64,000 bases of DNA from Octopus vulgaris. Taxonomy: Eukaryota. Shown here piece after piece: positions 13,797-28,270 of the stretch (positions are counted from its first letter, which is position 1; each line of letters opens with the position of its first letter). The stretch spans positions 7,440,001 through 7,504,000 of the forward strand of contig OX597828.1 of the NCBI GenBank assembly GCA_951406725.2, given 5' to 3'. Made by a program: the position numbers and the translations under genes. Under the pieces are notes generated by a model that was not told where the DNA came from, did not search any database, and worked only from the letters and a program-made list of their open reading frames with translations.

Positions 13797-15061
13797 CAGG
13801 TGCAGTTGTGGCTATGTGGTAAGAAGTTTGCTTCCCAGCCACAAGGTTCCGGTTTCACTCTCACTACTGTTCGGCACCTTGGGCTTGTTTCTACAAATAA
13901 AAACCCGTGTCGACCAAAGCCTTGTGAGTGAATTCGGTAGCCAGAAGCAAAAGAGAAGCCAACTCGTCGAATATGCATATATATCTACTTGTCTGTTTCT
14001 TTCGGTTTGTCCCCCACCTACGCTTGACAACTGGTGCTTGTTTGTTTAAGTCCACGTAAGGAGCGATTCGACAGAAAGGAACCGATAGAATAAGTAGCAG
14101 ATTTCCCGGCCTTTCGTTTTCAATTACTCGGTTCGATTTGTTCGACTAAGGCCCACGTGGGCCTTGCGGGTCCATATATCGTTTTGGTGTTAACATTTAT
14201 CTGCAATAAATGGCTTAAACATCTTTTATACACAAAATATTTTGATATTGTTTGTACAATCTATAGGGGCAGGCGCAGCTGTGTGGTAAGAAGCTTGCTT
14301 CTGAACCACATGGTTCAGGGTTCAGTCCCACTGTGTGGCTCCTTGGGCAAGTGTCTTCTCCTATAGCCCCGGGCCGATCGAAGCGTTGGGAGTGGATTTG
14401 CTAGACGGAAACTGAAAGAAGCCCGTTGTATACAAACACACACACACACACACACACATACACACACACACACACTCATGTATATTTACATTTATATATT
14501 TATGTGAGTGTCTTTGTTTGTGCATGTCAGCCCACCACCAACTCGCCATCGCTTGGTGTATTTACGTCCCCAGAACTTAGCGGTTCGGCATAACTGAGCG
14601 ATAGAATAAGTACTAGGCTTATAAATACCCATCGAATGGCTATGGGGGTCCAGTAGAGCAAAATAGGTATCAAAGAGGTCCACAGGTAAAACATGATTGA
14701 GGTCCACTGGACTAGACTTTTCACGGATGCGCCCGCCACCTACCCGCTTGGTCCTGGGTTCAGTCCCACAGCGAGGCACCTTGAGTAAATGTCTTCTAAT
14801 ATAGCTTCGGACCAATGAAAGCTTTGTGAGTCGATTTGGTATATGAAAACTGAAAAAGACTATCGTATATTAGTATATATGCATCTGTGTGTGTGTATAT
14901 AAGTGTGTAATGTGTGTGTCTTTGTGCCCTACAAACGCTTGACAACCGGTGGTGGTGTGTTTATGTCCCCTTAACTTAGCAGTTCGGCATAAAGGGGTCC
15001 CCCTGATTTAATTCTTCAAGGTGGTACCAAAGCATGGCCGCAGCCTAATGACTGATACAAA

Positions 15062-15125
<64 letters not shown>

Positions 15126-15182
15126 GCATATATATATATACATATATGCATATATTTATATATGTATATATGTATATATATG

Positions 15183-15246
<64 letters not shown>

Positions 15247-15315
15247 TGTATGTGCATATATATATATACATATATGCATATATTTATATATGTATATATG
15301 TATATATATGTATGT

Positions 15316-15347
<32 letters not shown>

Positions 15348-15403
15348 CATACATATATATACATATATATACATACATACATATATATATATATGTATGT
15401 ATG

Positions 15404-15434
<31 letters not shown>

Positions 15435-15619
15435 GTATGTATGTATATACATATACATATATATATATATATATATATACATACATACATACATATATAC
15501 ACATATATATATATACATACATACATACATATATATATATGTATGTATATATATACATATATATGTATGTATGTGTATATATATATATGTATGTATATAT
15601 ATACATATATATGTATGTA

Positions 15620-15712
<93 letters not shown>

Positions 15713-15873
15713 ACAGGCACAGGAGTGGCTGTGGGGAAAGAAGCTTGCTTCTCAACCACATGATTCCGGGTTCAGTCCCACTGCGTGGCACCTTGGGCAA
15801 GTGACTTCTACTATAGTCTCGGGCCGATCAAACCCTTGAGTAGATTTGGTAGACGAAACGTGAAAGCAGCCCG

Positions 15874-15880
<7 letters not shown>
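13797..15880 (+). mobile_element. four same-orientation CORE-like SINE copies (13797, 14270, 14750, 15714) around a ~650-bp TA/TATG field
   Basis: Family head and core motifs repeated. Confidence 0.75.
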
Positions 15881-15923
<43 letters not shown>

Positions 15924-16287
15924 GTTTAATGTAAGGGATCTCAACTTCCGACCACGAGCGCTTAGTTAGTGATACGTATGAATGTACCACTATCTGTTAA
16001 GTATAGGCCTGTAAAAATACCAGAATTAAGCGAACACGACTTCCTAAATTCCCCTTTAATCCGACTTCACTCACCAGATAAGGTTCGTACCGTGGCTGAT
16101 ATAGAAAACTTACAGTTGCCTATGATGTCATAAAGCCGAATCAAAACTGGGTCTCATGACTGCAAAGCGAACTTGTTAATCGTTCAGCCATCCTGATGTA
16201 TACATACATAAATGTGTGTTTGTGTGTGTAAAAAAGGAAAGTGTGAGAGTGAGAGAGAGAGAGATACAGATTGATAAATAGATAGAT

Positions 16288-16381
16288 ATTTCTTTATTGC
16301 CCACAAGGGGCTAAACATAGAGGGGACAAACAAGGACAAAGGGATAAAGTCGATTACATCGTCCCCAGTGCGAAACTGGTA
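16288..16381 (-). mobile_element. 3' tail fragment of the Meta-domain-like SINE abutting GATA repeats
   Basis: TTTCTTTATTGCCCACAAGGGGCTAAACATAGAGGGGACAAACAAGGACAA. Confidence 0.75.
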
Positions 16382-16391
16382 AAATACATAC

Positions 16392-16442
<51 letters not shown>

Positions 16443-16533
16443 CAAGCACAGAGGCATACATTTCCATAAATAAATATATGTTACCATGCGCAACTCATAC
16501 AAAGTTACATGTGCGTATGTGTGTGTGTGTGTT

Positions 16534-16602
<69 letters not shown>

Positions 16603-16976
16603 TTGTGTGCTGAAAGTCAGATAAATGTATATATATATATATGGGTGTAAGTATGCATTTATAGGTGTGCCAATATATAAACGAATATTTAGATTCACAT
16701 ATATACATGTACATACATGAATACTACGAATACGCACACATACATACACACACACACACGTGTAACTTTCATCTTGTAATTGTTTCAGTCACTGGACTCC
16801 GCTGATGCTGGGGATTTGCCTTGATGAGTTTTAATTGGACAAATGGACGCCGGGACCTATTGCTAGTAAACTTGGTCATGTTTTATCGGCTACTTTTTTT
16901 TGAGAACCCAGAAAGGTACGGGGATGTATACAATACAACACCAGTTGTCAAGCACCGGCATGAGACAAATACACAT

Positions 16977-17041
<65 letters not shown>

Positions 17042-17224
17042 GATGCACATTTTTAAAAATTAGTAATCAGTAGAGGTTGCGGAGTGACTCAAGTCCTGAA
17101 AGGTTCGTCCGTTGACACTTTGATTAGTACCAACGAATGAAACGCTCTTCCACCAAGTCGCTGTGTAACACACGAAACTCTCGTCTTTGAGTTACTCTGT
17201 ACCTTCGACTGAGTGTATACAAAA

Positions 17225-17492
<268 letters not shown>

Positions 17493-17940
17493 ATGTATAT
17501 ATATATATATACTCGTGATTTGAGTTTTGCTTTTCTGTTTGCATCACGAAACCTACACATATATTCACAAACACGTATGTAAATATATATTCAATAATAC
17601 TGAAGCGTATATTTGTCTGTGTGTGTGTGTGTGTGTATAAGATATAAATGAGTGTGTGGATAAACGAAAGAAATGGGCACTCAACACTTTTAGACAACAG
17701 TTGCATGTATTATTTAAAAACAGTTTGACTCGGTTCTATGCGATATCAGGTTTAGCAGGCCCCTATCAGAAGCCTGAAAGACACGGGCTCCCGTTAAGGG
17801 CCTGCAAAATTTGAGGTCGAACGGAACCGAACCAATCTGCTTTAAATAATATATATATATATATATATATATGCATATACACATATATATATATATATAT
17901 ATATACATATACAGATATATATATATATAGATAGATAGAT

Positions 17941-18003
<63 letters not shown>

Positions 18004-18091
18004 TGTGTGTGCGTAAATACACATACATACCCGTGCACACGGATTTATATATAGTTACATTGACAGAAAGATTGGTAAAGACGTAGATAGC

Positions 18092-18165
<74 letters not shown>

Positions 18166-18200
18166 CATATATGTGTAGGCATGTGTGCATATGTATGCTC

Positions 18201-18269
<69 letters not shown>

Positions 18270-18672
18270 CCTATCTATCTGCTGTCTATACATATAGTAT
18301 ATTATCAATCACCTACAGTAGCCGTCTCATTGTGATCTTGTTCTTTTCGGTTAGTAGCTTCAATGCAGCTAGTTGATGTTGGTCGTCTGCATCATTACAA
18401 GTTATTGTGTGTACGTGTGTTCGTTGATTGGCTTTGCTGAATTAGAAGACTCGGCGATTTATTCACATACACGCATATGCACATATGGGCAAAGGTATTC
18501 ATTAAGCAGATGTACGTACTGATGGACATAGGTGCAAAAACATAGCCATATTTCCCAGACGGATTTGTGTGTGTGTACAGACACACACGCATACATATAT
18601 AAGTATAAATATACACATATCTGCATATATAAATCTCCATGCACACGTTTGTACTTGTGTGTGTGTGTATGC

Positions 18673-18733
<61 letters not shown>

Positions 18734-18874
18734 AATTTGCCAAACCGATACAGATATAACCTCATATATATATACACACATATACATATATATATATATA
18801 TACATCTTCATCAAACATACATTTACAAAGATAATATATAAATATACATACATACATGCAAAAATACACATATA

Positions 18875-18905
<31 letters not shown>

Positions 18906-20411
18906 GGAGAGAGAGAGAGAGAGAGAGACAGGTAGATAAATAGATAGATATACGTACATAAATACATACATACATACATACATGCATACATATACGCACA
19001 TTCACACACAACACACACGCACAAATAATTGGGAAATATATATATGTATACATACGGTAAGGCACTGAATCACAACCATTCTTCATCTCCCTTCACGTCA
19101 GAGACATATATGTCGAACTTAAGTACACATACATTCATATATGTAGATACATGCGCATATATATGTATATAGCATTACAAATAGCCGGTGGTTTTGTCAA
19201 AAGTGTAACCCGAGGACCTTGGTTCATGTGACTGATCTCTTCTCCTTGTTGCAAAGGAAATAGAAAAATAACAAACCTACAAAATCATTCATTAGTTTTG
19301 ATTAGGAACAAGGCCAAGTTTTCGTAGAGGAGAGGTCTGGTCGATAAAATCGACCCCATATATTTGTCTAATTTTTATTTTATCGATCTCGGGTGGATGA
19401 AAAGGAAAAATAAAAATTGACTCCTCGGAGATTTGAACTTAAATTTGAAAAGTACGAAACATAATATTGATTTTTATTAAAATTTGGCAGAATTTCATTT
19501 TAAAAAAAAACGACGCATTTACGAGAGAGTTGTAACGCATTGAATTTGCCTGGGTACATTAGTGGTACAGATTGCATGACCTTCGGTTAGATGAAAGCTT
19601 AGTAATCCCTAAAGAGATTTGAACTTACCGTTTAAAGGGCAGAAATATAAGCTAGGTGAGTTAGTCAGTGCACAGCAGTATCGTTTTTATCAACCGCCCT
19701 AATTCTGTCGGAGAATTCTTGAATGAGTGCGATAGATCAATTGCTTTGTATTGATAAAGTTGACCAATATCCAGTGTGCTCGCATTCGAGATTTAGTCTT
19801 ACTTTGCCTTGGGTCCTCAGCTTAAAATGGAATCTTAGAAATGCAAGTCGCGTCTCTGGACATCTAAATCTGCCGATATTCATTCTTCCTCATGTCGAAT
19901 CCCGGTCAGCTTCTAACAAAAAGAAAACGAGAGAGTGGGAATAGAAAATGTAATAGGAATTAACTCTGGTTCTGGATTGTTATTTTAATAAACCGATCAT
20001 AAAAAGATAAAGAAAAACAAGTGGTGGGTGACCGGTGGATTTTGGACTCATTTTGGATAGGTCCAGAACGAATAAACAAATATAGGTTATTCGATGCTTC
20101 AGTGACTTGGCTACTTCACTATAATCTAGCCCGTTTTATAAACATAAGTCAAACTGATTTATTAGTTGGAAGATGCGTGATTCGAACGTGGAATCAAGAC
20201 GCACGAAGCTAAAGATAATAAAACAATACAAAATAATCGCTAAAATCCAAGGTGGCTTACAGCTATGAGTAGTTTAGTGACATCTGTTGCAGTGTACTCT
20301 GAGACATAATTTTATCATTAAACTGCTCCGAGTATTTGTATCCCTTGATGATTACATATATACAAGCAGACACACATATAATATATACACACACACTTAC
20401 AAATATCCTTT

Positions 20412-20566
20412 ATTTTCTCTCCTTGTTTTTCTGTATACCTTTCTGTAGAAGAGGGTAGGCTCGAAATGTAAAATACTTTTTCTATTCCTGAGCGTTATAC
20501 TAATACATCTGTTTATTTTGTACACCACCTGTCTTCGTCTTTTGTTTATTTTCGTAAACTTTCCCT
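20412..20566 (+). mobile_element. minimal-hammerhead element family A
   Basis: CTGTAGAAGAGGGTAGGCTCGAAATGTA; ends at (TA)n. Confidence 0.65.
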
Positions 20567-20567
20567 T

Positions 20568-20610
<43 letters not shown>

Positions 20611-20910
20611 TTGCGTGTGTATGTGTGTGTATGAGTGTAGACAAACAGATATTCCCATGCTGTCTCTCACACAGAGGTGTATGAATATATACCTACTTAA
20701 GTTCAAGTACATTCACACACACACATACATTTATTTATAAGTGGCAGAAGCAGAATTAATACCGGAAGATAACATTTATCCTCACTTAAACGTGAATGTT
20801 CTGTTACAACAAACTTTACTACGGTAGATACCATAAGCTTTTCCTTCATAATGCATTCTTGTTTATATCGCTTGTGGGGAGATAAATCCCCGCCATTTCC
20901 GGCGCCGAGA

Positions 20911-20957
20911 CCATCAGATCAGGTGATTTCGACCTTCCTGGGTCTCATCAATGATGG
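20911..20957 (-). ncRNA. type I hammerhead ribozyme (U3-G8 core)
   Basis: CCAUCA UUGAUGA GACC-caggaa-GGUC GAA AUCA-cc-UGAU C UGAUGG. Confidence 0.75.
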
Positions 20958-21257
20958 ATGCTCGGCCATTAGTGGAAGCACCGATCCATCTCCCCGCCAG
21001 TGATATATTGGAAAACGGTGCCAGAACGGGTACTGGTGTCGCTATTGACCAGTGAGCCTGTTAGAAATATATATATTAGCGACAGAAGCCATATTAATAC
21101 CGAAAGGTCATATTTATGCCCATTTAAACGTGGATGTTCATTTAGAACAGACTATACTGCGGTAGTTATGAGAAAAAACTCTTATATTGGCTTGTGGTTC
21201 ATAATAGACTTATATCGCTGGCAGGGAGATAAATCCGTGCCATCTTCAGTACAGAAA

Positions 21258-21304
21258 CCATCAGATCACGTGATTTCGACCTTCCTTGGTCTTGTCAATG
21301 ATGG
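21258..21304 (-). ncRNA. type I hammerhead ribozyme (U3-A8 compensatory core)
   Basis: CCAUCA UUGACAA GACC-aaggaa-GGUC GAA AUCACGUGAU C UGAUGG; palindromic stem III. Confidence 0.78.
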
Positions 21305-21399
21305 ACGCTCGATCGCAAGAGACAGCAGCGATTCATCTCCCCACCACCGATATACAAAAGAAACATTGCCAGAACAGGAGAATGAAAGATATATATATA

Positions 21400-21722
21400 T
21401 TCTTTTATTCTTTCACTTGGTTCAGTCATTTGACTGTGGCCATGCTGGAGCACTAACTTTAGTCGAACAAATCGACCCCAGGAATCATTCTTTGTTATCC
21501 TAGTACTTATTCTATCGGTCCCTTTTTGCCGAACCGCTATGTGACGAGGGACATAAACACACCAGCATCGGTTGTCAAGCGATGGAAGGGGGACAAACAA
21601 AGACAAAAATAGCATACATATATACATATATATATACGACGGGTTTCTTTCAGTTTCCGTCTACCAAATCCACTCACAAGGCTTTGGTCGGCCCGAGGGT
21701 ATAGTAGAAGACACGTACCACG
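21400..21722 (-). mobile_element. CORE-like SINE, 5' truncated
   Basis: Family motifs; adjoins and probably truncates the retrozyme repeat. Confidence 0.8.
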
Positions 21723-21912
21723 TGGTGAGTGTGTGTGATTGTCTGTGTGTGTGTGTATGCGTGTGCAAAAAATAAACAGTAACATCGGATGAGAGCTAAA
21801 AGAAGTTTAGCAAAAATCACACCATCTGAAGGAACCAGCCTTCGCATTTTACTCAGAGAAATTCGGTATCTGCCTGGATATCATATCCCTCCTCTAGTCA
21901 CAGACACACATA

Positions 21913-21985
<73 letters not shown>

Positions 21986-23145
21986 CCCCTCTCATTTATT
22001 CATACACATACTTCTCCACAAAGTGTTTTTAACTTGGAGTTGTCTGTTCGTCAATTAGAATACCATGCGATGTTCTTTCCGGGACGTTACTTATTTGACA
22101 TATTACTGAGATCGGTATTACCAATCAAAACTCTGGAATCGATAAATACATTAATAATCCATTAATGGCACAATTTCTTCACTTTCTCTTTTTCTGTCTG
22201 GAAGAACTCGGCTGTGTTCAGACATGGAAAGAATTGGGCTCCGTTGTCACAAACGGCGTGGCTTGCGTATTGAAAATGTTCATGACACGCGTTATTTAAG
22301 GACATCGAACCAACGAGTCCACTAGTATTTGATGGCTCAAAGCAAGATAAGTCATACTTGTATATATGCAATATTCATAAACACATACATTTTAACGGAT
22401 TTGTTATTTAACTCGAAGACCCCCTAACCATTATTTCTTTACGCCATGCAACATTATTTTTTTATGTAAATGTCAAGGAGTGGTTTGAAGAATACTTGGC
22501 TGTTACTTTTAGTAGATTAGATGAGCACGAACAGGCTCTCTGATTCGAGAATTCGAGCTCAGGATACGAAATGCTACAACAGACACTACAAAGCAGCTCC
22601 TCCGTCTCTCTATCACTTCGAGCAAACCACGACTCCAGACCGCTATTTCTCTATCGACTCCGACAAAAATGGAAAGCAAAATTATCTTCAGTGAAATTCG
22701 AACTCAGGTAGTAAAGAACCGAAATGAATATCACAACATATTCCATCCGATGCTCTAACCACTTTTAGGATTCAGAACATCAGGGTCTCCAAATTTTTAT
22801 TGAGATATCCATTTACATATTCCTGCCTTTTTTCTTCCACTTACCCTCCTTTTATTTCTCCCTATCCAGTTATCTATGAATCCACCTAATAATATATACA
22901 CCCTCGTGATATGTTTTTTATACACACCTTTCGTTCGCTCATCTAACCAGTCGTTTAGTCATTCGTCCATTCCATCCACCTAGCGATTTCTCTACCATTC
23001 ATCCATCTGTTCATACTACATACACCAATCTAATAGACTGGCATTCATGGCTTATCTATCTGTTTACCTGTCTGTCTGTCTGTCTGTCTATCTATATATA
23101 TCTATCTATCTATCTATATGTAATTATATATATATATATATATAG

Positions 23146-23330
23146 TTAATCCAAACAAGAAAACACAGAAAAAAAGAGAAAAAAAACACAGCAACGCAGG
23201 ACGTGGAACAATTAAAGTATTATTGACGCTCAGGAAAGAAGGGAAGGAGGGTTTAACGTTTCGAGCGGAGCTCTTCGTCGGAAACAAGGAGAAGGAAAGA
23301 TCCCAAGGAGGGAAGACAGAGGAGAAAATA
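23146..23330 (-). mobile_element. minimal-hammerhead element family B
   Basis: Minus strand GUUU CCGACGA A GAGC-ucc-GCUC GAAACGUU AAAC; ends at (TA)n. Confidence 0.68.
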
Positions 23331-23614
23331 TTTGAGCTGGTGGTGCTTAAGAGATCACATGTTTGGTTCGGTTCCGTTCGACCTCAAATTTTGCAGTTCT
23401 GAATTCAATTTTCATCCGTATAAACATACATACAGAAATACATATTTACATCCATCCATCATCTAAACCACCCGTCTGTCCGTCTGTCCGTCCATCCATC
23501 TACCCATCTATCCATCCAGTTGCCCCTCTCCCTCCATCCACCATCTATCCATCCATTCATCCCGACCTTCCTTCCTCTCTCTGTCCAACTCTCCTTCCAT
23601 CCCTTCATCCATCC

Positions 23615-24081
<467 letters not shown>

Positions 24082-24448
24082 CCAAGCCATGCTTATTTGC
24101 CAGCTATGCATCTCTGCCAGTCAGATCAGACAGCCTGATAATAGCCAGTCGGACACCAGCCAGACAACCAGACAGCCAGACAATCAACCATTTTTATTCA
24201 ATCTTCTAACGGCGTATCAGGTGACCGACAGCGTACTTTTGCGCACCTGTCACACTAATTGATAATTGTTTTGTCGCAATCACTGAGTCTGGTGGACGGA
24301 TATATATAAAAAAAAAGAACGATGCGGCCCACTTATCTGTTGATATCGATCGCTGTTTTACAAAACCTGCGTGAGTGATGCAGGAACTGAAGGGAGACTG
24401 TCCTGCATTAGTTTTCAGTCTGTTAGTTTTCAGCACCAAAGCATGCAA

Positions 24449-24461
24449 GCTGCTGCTGCTG

Positions 24462-24525
<64 letters not shown>

Positions 24526-24581
24526 CACCACCACCATCACCATCACCACCACTACCACCACCACCACCACCACCACCACCG

Positions 24582-24629
<48 letters not shown>

Positions 24630-24630
24630 A

Positions 24631-24692
<62 letters not shown>

Positions 24693-24693
24693 A

Positions 24694-24749
<56 letters not shown>

Positions 24750-24790
24750 GCACTACTACTGCCACCACCACCGCCACCACTACCACCACC

Positions 24791-24842
<52 letters not shown>
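24449..24842. repeat. alternating (CTA)n/(CCA)n trinucleotide repeat
   Basis: Direct observation. Explains the poly-S/G, poly-T and poly-L/P ORFs. Confidence 0.95.
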
Positions 24843-25311
24843 TTGCTGCCGCTTCTGATAGTGGTCTCATGTTTGTGGCTCAACTTGCTAGAAATAGAAA
24901 CCAAATTTCCGTAAAATTGCATCCTACGCACGCACACACACACACACACACATACACACACACACACACACCACACACACATATACATAAGAGAACGTAA
25001 TCCTATTTACAAGTAAAGAAACATGAGAGGACATAGCTTGAATAGGTTTAGTGATAAATCTACTGGATTTCAGGACTGACATGGATGAAGAAAAACTCAA
25101 ATGACTGATAAAGTATGTCGAGCTAGAAATAGCAACCAAATCTACCTGAAATTACTGCTTTATCGTTTTAATAACGTGAAGGACCCATGAGATAAGACAG
25201 TACTCCATATCTTTGAAGACGTGGATTACCAGTATATCCCTCTTTCTAAAAAAACCTGTACATTGTTGCAAAAATAATTTCGATCCTCTTGCTCCAGCCT
25301 TGTGCAACGCA

Positions 25312-25727
25312 GTTACTCTCTTTTACTCTTTTACTTGTTTCAGTCATTTGACAGCGGCCATGCTGGAGCACCGTCTTTAGTCGAACAAATTGACCCCAGG
25401 ACTTATTCTTTGTTATCCCAGTACTTATTCCATCGCTCTCTTTTGCCGAACCGCTAACTGACGGCGACGTAAACACACCAGCATCGGTTGTCAAGCAATG
25501 CTAGGGGTACAAACACAGACACACAAACATACACACACACACATATATATATATACATATATACGACGGGCTTCTTACAGTTTCCATCTACCAAATCCAC
25601 TCACAAGGCTTTGGTTGGCCTGAGGCTATAGTAGAAGACACTTGCCCAAGGTGCCACGCAGTGGGACTGAACCCGGAACCATGTGGTTGGTAAGCAAACT
25701 ACTTACCACACAACCACTCCTGCGCCT
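25312..25727 (-). mobile_element. full-length CORE-like SINE with internal (TA)/(TG) tract
   Basis: Head AGGCGCAGGAGTGG, MIR-core-like CACCTTGGGCAAGT, 3' GTAAAAGA repeats. Confidence 0.88.
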
Positions 25728-26069
25728 ACATTTATTATTTTTTACAGAAATATTTGTTTTCGGATTTAGACGAAAGATATCGAAGTCTATTTGGATGAAA
25801 CACGGTATTGACCTCGATGGTTCAGTCATGAAAATCCTGTCGTTTCTGTATCAATAACTACTCGTAGTTTCTCAAAATTCCGTTACTTAAAACTGTAAGG
25901 TTGTCATTTGTCAGAGATTTAGTTGTTGATTTCAACACAATGAATGACCACGTATTGAGCAAAATTGTCTCACAATAATTGATTCTCTCACTCAGTCTTT
26001 AAACCCCGCTGTGGTGTGTTTTACGGGCTCGATAACATAAACTGTCAGTCAAATGATGCTTTGAAATTT

Positions 26070-26270
26070 TTAGCACAAGGCCAGCAATTTCGAAGAAGCG
26101 GTTAAATTGATCACATCGTCCCCAATGTTCAAATGGTACTCATTCTATCGACCCCGAAATGATGAAATGAAAAGTCGACCTCGGCTGAATTTGAATTCAG
26201 AACGTAAAAACGGATGAAATGCCGTCAAACATTTTATCCGGCGTGCTATCAATTCTGCCAGCTTGCCGTC
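26070..26270 (-). mobile_element. Meta-domain-like SINE, short-tail type
   Basis: Tail AATTGCTGGCCTTGTGC and family core motif. Confidence 0.7.
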
Positions 26271-26321
26271 GAGTAAGTGTTTTGGAGTCGAGTAAGTGTT
26301 TTGAATGAAGTTATTTTAGTT

Positions 26322-26687
26322 CATTATTTACATTATTTACAATTGACGGATATTTGTCCTCATCTTTGTTGTTAACACAACGGGCATATGGCGTAGTGGA
26401 TAAGAGCGCGGACTGCTAACACCAAGATTCCGAGTTCGATACCAGGCAGTGACCTGAATAATAATTATGATAATAATAATAATGGTAATAATAATAATAA
26501 TGATAACAACAACAACATCGAAAAATACCTTAGGAACGGGAATCCAGGTTCGAAATTTCCTCAAGACCCCTGATGAAGGCTGGAGGGTATATCAGCCAAA
26601 ACATTGTGTCAATAACAAACAAGATGAGGACAAATATCCGCCAAATGTAAATAATGTACATAATTCCTCATCTCTTAAATATAGAAC
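26322..26687 (+). mobile_element. tRNA-headed element with a degenerate hammerhead and an inverted terminal arm (Penelope-related?)
   Basis: 26322-26382 is approximately the reverse complement of 26602-26664. A and B boxes at 26389-26443. CTGATGA-A-GGCTG..CAGCC-AAAAC at 26570-26602. Confidence 0.6.
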
Positions 26688-27367
26688 TGTGTTATTGTAG
26701 TTTAACTGCAGGTTAGTTGAAGCCCAAAGTTGTTTTAACCATGACATTCCGACATTTTTTTTCTGACATGGGTTATCAAGGACTACATTATCCCATGTGT
26801 TCTTACGTTTCAGTTTAGTAAGTTGCACTGCAAGTGACAATGACTAATTACTTCTAGTTGATTAGACGTGGCTTATAGAAATAAATTAACTCTGTTACCA
26901 ATAAAGAAAAAATTAAACAAAAAGAGCATGGACGTTGGTGTTGATATTTCACAAACGTTTATTGAGCAACAAACAACATGACCGTTAGTGAGTTTGGAAG
27001 TTGGCTTTCCAAGGGATTTTTTTAAAGGATAATAAGTTAATCCACCTATCTTAGCAAAACGGATCAGTAATTATTATATTGATCAATTTGCGCTTCATAC
27101 CTCGATCAAGTGACATCTTCGGATGTAATTTTAGGCCATATTTTGCGAAGTTTTCAAGAGGTGTATCATAAAGGGTATATCACTTTAAGCATACAAATTT
27201 AGTGTCAGATATGGACACTAATTTGAAACTTTCATGTTGGGGGCGACACAGTCGTTCTTGAACTAAAATATTAACATAAACCGGTTGAGTGCGATTTCTT
27301 AAATATCTACCTGCTATTTTTTTTCCAGAATGAATATCGGTGTGCTGAGTATAATTCTAACAATAAA

Positions 27368-27397
27368 TGACTCTCTCTCCTTTTCTCTCACTGTCAT

Positions 27398-27431
<34 letters not shown>

Positions 27432-27797
27432 ACTGTCATTCACTCTCTCTGTCTTTCTCTCCGTCTTTCTTACTGTCATTCACGCTCTTTCTCTCTCTCT
27501 GTCTTTCTCACTGTCATTCACTCTTTCTCTCTCTCTCTCTCTCTCTCTCCGCCTTTCTCACCCTCATTCACTCTTCCTCTCTCCGTCTTTCTCACTGTCA
27601 TTCACGCTCCCTCTCTCTCTCTTTCTCCGTCTTTCTCACTGTCATTCACACTCCCTCTCTTTCTCTCTTTCTCCGTCTTTCTCACTCTCATTCACACTCC
27701 CTCTCTTTCTCTCTCTCGCCGTCTGTCTCACTATCATTCTCTTTCCACGCTCTCTGTCTTTCTCTCCGTCTCTCTCACTGTAATTCCCTCTCTTTCT

Positions 27798-27834
<37 letters not shown>

Positions 27835-27880
27835 GTCTTCCCGCCTCTTTCTCTCTCTCCCCGTGTCTCTCCCTCTGTCT
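27368..27880. repeat. pyrimidine-rich minisatellite of ~35-45 bp units (CTCCGTCTTTCTCACTGTCATTCAC plus CT runs)
   Basis: Roughly ten recurrences of CTCACTGTCATTC-like cores. Confidence 0.85.
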
Positions 27881-28003
27881 GTCTTACACTTTCTATTTTG
27901 TATCTTTAGAAAGAGTCATTACACTAGAATGTGAGTCAGCTCATTCCTTAACTCAGTGGCGTAGTAACCGCAAAACCATTCCTTCACAGATAAAATGACT
28001 TAG

Positions 28004-28270
28004 GGTGAAGGCACATGGCTTAGTGGTTAGGATATTCGGCACACGGTGTGAGTTCGATTCCTGGTGACGTGTTGTGTCCTTAAGCAAGACACTTCTTTTC
28101 ACGTTGCTCCAGTCCACTCGGGTGGCAAAAGTGAGTTGAATCTGTTACACCGTGTCACACTGCATCTCCTTGATATCTATGTTAAGGGTACGCGGTTAAT
28201 TTTACGAACAGCTTGTTCCGTTTTATCAGATCAATGGAACCCTCACCGTCGTAAGCGACGGAGGACCAGT
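28004..28270 (+). mobile_element. tRNA-derived CORE-like SINE, second tail type; further fragment at 28862-29072
   Basis: TGGCTTAGTGG A box, GAGTTCGATTCC B box. Confidence 0.7.

Larger units (their letters stand above)
20730..21380 (-). mobile_element. putative non-LTR retrozyme: ~1.9 tandem units of ~340-347 bp, each with a hammerhead
   Basis: Diverged direct repeat, e.g. TTAAACGTGAATGTTC / TTAAACGTGGATGTTC; HHR motifs exactly 347 bp apart. Confidence 0.75.

Noticed and set aside
17095-17190. Hammerhead-like fragments (CTGAAAG..GAAAC; GAAACTCTCGTC)
   Set aside because: The core and stem I cannot be completed.
17790-17835. 34-bp segment shared in reverse with 23362-23396 (TTGGTTCGGTTCCGTTCGACCTCAAATTTTGCAG)
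   Set aside because: A real dispersed repeat fragment, but too short to classify and with no ribozyme core.
22162-22371. 69-aa non-repetitive minus-strand ORF
   Set aside because: No recognisable homology or convincing splice signals.
24206-25000. Ser/Gly-rich, mucin-like Thr-rich and Leu/Pro-rich ORFs
   Set aside because: Pure (CTA)/(CCA) repeat open in four frames.
26383-26455. Functional tRNA gene
   Set aside because: A and B boxes are present but acceptor and anticodon stems do not pair properly; treated as a tRNA-derived head.
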